From a virus: a DNA stretch of 45,319 nucleotides. This document shows positions 42,328-45,319 of this stretch, piece after piece (the stretch's first letter is position 1; each line of letters begins with the position of its first letter). The translations under genes and the position numbers were made by a program. The DNA lies in the IMG/VR virus record IMGVR_UViG_3300045988_147626, positions 1-45,319 of that record; one strand, given 5' to 3'. The notes beneath the pieces are model-generated. The model had not been told where the DNA came from, ran no database searches, and saw nothing but the letters and a program-made list of their open reading frames with translations.

Positions 42328-42969
42328 ATGGAGAATTATGAGCAGATCCTTAAGGACTTGGGAGTCGAGATTCCTGAGGACAAAAAAGCCGATCTGAAAA
42401 AGAAGATGGAAGAAAATTACAGCACCAAGGAAGATTATGACAAGGCGGTAGAAAAAAGAGATGAGTATAAAACGTCTCTTGAGCAGGTACAGGAAAAGCT
42501 GGATGGTTTTAAGGATGTCGATGTGGACGATTTGAAAGGACAGATTCAGACCCTTACCTCAGAGCTGGCGGATGAGAAGAAAGCCAGAGCAGAAGACGCC
42601 TGCAAAGTGGAAGTGGAAAAGACAGTCAATGCGTTTCTTTCTTCTACGGATGAAAAGGGCGAGAGACAGTATCATTTCCTGAATGATATCACTGAAAATC
42701 ATTTCAGGGATGCACTGATGGCGGAGCTGGATAAGGATTCGGCGAAGGGAAAGTCCATCGGCGATATTTTCAAGGGTATGGTAACGGATGCCGATGGAAA
42801 GCAGAAGCCAGGAATCTTTGTAGATAAGGCGCAGGCAAACAGCGCCAGATTTACGGCTCCGGCCGGCAAAAGCAAACCGGAGGGCGGACATAAATACACG
42901 ATGGCAGAGGTCATGCGGATGAAAAATGAGAATCCAGACCTTGATATCGATTCTTTTATGAACGCCTGA
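42328..42969 (+). CDS. Scaffolding protein (phage GP20-like)
   Basis: Highly charged coiled-coil protein directly upstream of the capsid gene. ATG 42328 is better spaced from AAGGAGG than the track start 42322. Confidence 0.7.
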   Translation: MENYEQILKDLGVEIPEDKKADLKKKMEENYSTKEDYDKAVEKRDEYKTSLEQVQEKLDGFKDVDVDDLKGQIQTLTSELADEKKARAEDACKVEVEKTVNAFLSSTDEKGERQYHFLNDITENHFRDALMAELDKDSAKGKSIGDIFKGMVTDADGKQKPGIFVDKAQANSARFTAPAGKSKPEGGHKYTMAEVMRMKNENPDLDIDSFMNA

Positions 42970-43017
42970 TAGTACGTAAACCAAACAAAACCAAGATGAA
43001 GGTAGAAAGGATAAACA

Positions 43018-44193
43018 ATGGCATTATTTGATTTAAAAAATTTCAATGGCGAAGTGTTTGGGCGGTATGTAGATACGGTTCCGAACCTCAACAGAAACCA
43101 GCTGCTGAAATCCGGTGCAGTTATTGAGAAAAGCCAGTATGCGGCAATGCTCCCGGATCAGACAGGAGGAAACTATATTACCGTACCGATTAAGGCACGC
43201 ATCGGTGGTACAGCGGATAACTACGATGGTTCGACGGATATCAAGTCGGATTCCCGTGATACGTACACGCAGGGGCGTATCGTAGTGGGTCGTGCTCACG
43301 GATGGACCGAGAAAGATTTTTCATCGGATATTACCGGAGAAGATTTCCTTCCAGCAGCGGGAGAGGTTGCGGAATACTGGGATGACGTGGATCAGGCTAC
43401 ATTGTTAGCAACGCTGAAAGGTGTGTTTGGTATGACTGGAACCGAGAATGTGAAGTTTGTTACCGCTCATACCTATGACGTATCGGAGAATGCAACGGAG
43501 TGCGGATTTAAGGAGATCACTCTGAATAATGCAATTCAGAAGGCACTGGGAGACAATAAAGCGAAATTCAGTTTGGCAATTATGCATTCCAAAATCGCGA
43601 CGGATCTGGAGAACTTAAAGCTTCTGGCGTATATGAAGTATACCGACAAAGATGGCGTTGAAAGAGATCTTACGATGGCTACACTGAACGGAAGAACCGT
43701 ACTGGTTGATGATAATATGCCGACAGAGGCAGTCAAAGCGAAGTATGTTAAGGCAGTACAGACGGATCCAGGCGCACTGAAAGTAACCACAGACGGAACA
43801 GGAACGGGTGAAATCAAGAAAGCAACGGTTTCGACTGATATTCCGGATGTTGCAGAGGGGGATTATGTAAAGCTCCTCCCGGCGGGAACAGTATATACAA
43901 CGTATGTTCTGGGTGCAGGCGCGATTGAATATACAAACTGCGGTGTAAAGTATCCGTATGAGATGGATCGTAATCCAAAAACAAATGGTGGAGAGGATAC
44001 ATTGTATGCCCGCCAGAGAAAGATTTTTTCTCCGTATGGAATCAGTTTTAAACGTCCTTCGTTTGTTTCCCCAACGGATGAACAGCTGTCAACCGGTTCA
44101 AACTGGGAGCTGGCTAATAATAATGCAAGTGCTGGAGCAAAGTATTTTCCGGCAAAAGCGATTCCGATCGCACGGATTAAAACCAGAGGATAA
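43018..44193 (+). CDS. Major capsid protein
   Basis: 391 aa after the scaffold. Abundant-protein codon look. Position and size are typical for HK97-fold capsids. Confidence 0.8.
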   Translation: MALFDLKNFNGEVFGRYVDTVPNLNRNQLLKSGAVIEKSQYAAMLPDQTGGNYITVPIKARIGGTADNYDGSTDIKSDSRDTYTQGRIVVGRAHGWTEKDFSSDITGEDFLPAAGEVAEYWDDVDQATLLATLKGVFGMTGTENVKFVTAHTYDVSENATECGFKEITLNNAIQKALGDNKAKFSLAIMHSKIATDLENLKLLAYMKYTDKDGVERDLTMATLNGRTVLVDDNMPTEAVKAKYVKAVQTDPGALKVTTDGTGTGEIKKATVSTDIPDVAEGDYVKLLPAGTVYTTYVLGAGAIEYTNCGVKYPYEMDRNPKTNGGEDTLYARQRKIFSPYGISFKRPSFVSPTDEQLSTGSNWELANNNASAGAKYFPAKAIPIARIKTRG

Positions 44194-44205
44194 GGAGGTT
44201 TCGGC

Positions 44206-44703
44206 ATGGCATATGCAGATTATGAATTTTATGAAAAAAATTATTTCGGCAATGTCGTGCCGGAAACGGATTTTGCTAGGTTTTCGGAACGGGCATCAGA
44301 TTGGTTGGATATGGTGACCTATGATTGCCTTGCTACCGGATTGCCGAGCGACGAGAGAGCCCAGAAACGCATTAAGAAAGTGATTTGTGTTCTTTCAGAG
44401 ACACTGTATCAAATAGAGCTGGCAGAGAAACAGGCTATGCGTGTAATCGCTTTGGAAAGTTCGGCACAGGAAAGCGGCGCAAATAGTGAAGAGGGTGTAG
44501 TAACATCTCGTTCCTCTGGAACAGAATCAATTTCATATGCAACTCCCCAGCAGCTTGGAAGTGCTGCAAAGGAATGGAATGCTCTTTATGCGGTGGCAGG
44601 AGATCCCCAAAAAACGAATGATTTGCTTCTCAAGACAGCCCTTCCATTGCTGATGGGGATAAGAACAGATGATGGGATGCCGATTCTGTATGCGGGAGTA
44701 TGA
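44206..44703 (+). CDS. Head-tail connector (gp6/gp15-like) protein
   Basis: The N-terminus YADYEFYEKNYFGNVVPETDFARFSERASDWLD is typical of head-tail connector / DNA packaging proteins. Confidence 0.65.
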   Translation: MAYADYEFYEKNYFGNVVPETDFARFSERASDWLDMVTYDCLATGLPSDERAQKRIKKVICVLSETLYQIELAEKQAMRVIALESSAQESGANSEEGVVTSRSSGTESISYATPQQLGSAAKEWNALYAVAGDPQKTNDLLLKTALPLLMGIRTDDGMPILYAGV

Positions 44704-44756
44704 CACAGCGAAGAAATTGGCAGTAACAGGTATGAACCATATGAAAGAGTGATTTT

Positions 44757-45134
44757 ATGGGCGGTCGCGGAGCGGCAAGCGGCATAGGTAAAAACCCTTA
44801 CGGGAGCCAATACCATACGCTGTACAAGTACGAAAACATAAGGTTTGTTTCTAATAGTGTAAAAAACTATGAACCTCTTATGGAAAGCAAAACGGACGGA
44901 AGAGTATATGTGCAAATTGGCGGAAAAGATATAGTTCGGATTGTGTTTATTGGAGAGGGACATAAAAGGAACAAAGTCATAGAGCAGGATAAACGGTCGA
45001 AAGGATGGCATGTCCATCATGGATTTTTGCACACGGAAAATTCTGAAAAGGAGCATGAAGCATTATCGAACCGTGATAAGCAGTATCTTGAAAAAGTGAA
45101 GATGATATGGCATAATCATATCAAGCAAACATAG
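44757..45134 (+). CDS. Hypothetical protein with Gly-rich N-terminus (125 aa)
   Basis: Starts MGGRGAASGIGKNPYG. His-rich C-terminal half (GWHVHHGFLH). Followed by a terminator. No family recognised. Confidence 0.5.
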   Translation: MGGRGAASGIGKNPYGSQYHTLYKYENIRFVSNSVKNYEPLMESKTDGRVYVQIGGKDIVRIVFIGEGHKRNKVIEQDKRSKGWHVHHGFLHTENSEKEHEALSNRDKQYLEKVKMIWHNHIKQT

Positions 45135-45203
45135 TTTAAGTCGGGGAGAATACTCAGAAATGAGAGGTCTGCGTTCAAATCGTCGGTGTTTGCATAATCG
45201 AGA

Positions 45204-45238
45204 GATACCATATCAGAAATGATTTGGTGTCTTTTTTT
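45204..45238 (+). terminator. Rho-independent terminator
   Basis: GATACCA pairs with TGGTGTC (one G-T pair) across a 14-nt loop, followed by a T7 run. It extends into the terminal repeat. Confidence 0.6.
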
Positions 45239-45319
45239 GTTACTGGAAAGGAGAAAACATGTGAGGTAGAGGCGGAAGCAGCGGAATGGGAGCAAAAGAA
45301 ACTGTATTTTCGTATAAGA
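45231..45319 (+). repeat. Terminal direct repeat copy 2 (assembly closure overlap)
   Basis: Identical to 1..89. Confidence 0.95.

Larger units (their letters stand above)
1..45319. mobile_element. Complete circularly closed temperate siphovirus-like phage genome (excised/attP form), about 45,230 bp unique
   Basis: Identical 89-bp ends. Full packaging, head, tail, lysis, lysogeny and early modules are present. The integrase sits next to a tRNA-like attP core, and no bacterial flanks are visible. Confidence 0.85.

Noticed and set aside
1-45319. CRISPR arrays, diversity-generating retroelement, transposase or IS elements
   Set aside because: I saw no spaced direct-repeat array, no reverse transcriptase or template/variable repeat pair, and no transposase-like ORF. 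Fibre variability here is explained by the inversion cassettes instead.

Overview
The window is a complete, circularly closed genome (about 45,230 bp unique) of a temperate siphovirus-type tailed phage. The identical 89-bp ends (1..89 and 45231..45319) are an assembly closure overlap. It is in the excised (attP) form.

Gene order, wrapping the ends:
- Head: fused small+large terminase, portal, MuF-like head morphogenesis protein, tRNA(CAT), scaffold, major capsid, connector, neck genes.
- Tail: tail tube, chaperones, 965-aa tape measure, baseplate and fibre genes.
- Lysis: holin and M15 endolysin.
- Lysogeny: attP plus tyrosine integrase, a NYN-domain moron, and the ImmA/XRE repressor facing a DUF739 Cro-like gene.
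- Early genes: Gp157, ERF, NinB-like, resolvase, Dam methylase.
- AT-rich accessory island: HicAB, a second XRE/antirepressor switch, and a GNAT-methyltransferase fusion.

The protein families suggest a Clostridia-type Firmicutes host; this is inference.

The standout is at 11.85-14.7 kb. The last tail-fibre gene carries a 9-11 bp core (TTAAATAGTGA). Its reverse complement recurs four times downstream. Each copy heads a start-less, in-frame alternative C-terminal fibre cassette on the opposite strand. A tyrosine recombinase gene sits between the expressed tip and the silent cassettes. I read this as a five-tip, shufflon-like host-range inversion system.

Secondary leads:
- A NYN RNase with an attenuator-like leader, and a convergent candidate sRNA.
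- A self-contained GNAT-SAM methyltransferase moron.
- A TerS-TerL fusion.
- An accessory insert (including DUF4417) inside the neck module.
- An attP with a tRNA 3-prime fragment and arm-type repeats.

All family names come from motif recognition by eye and need HMM confirmation.
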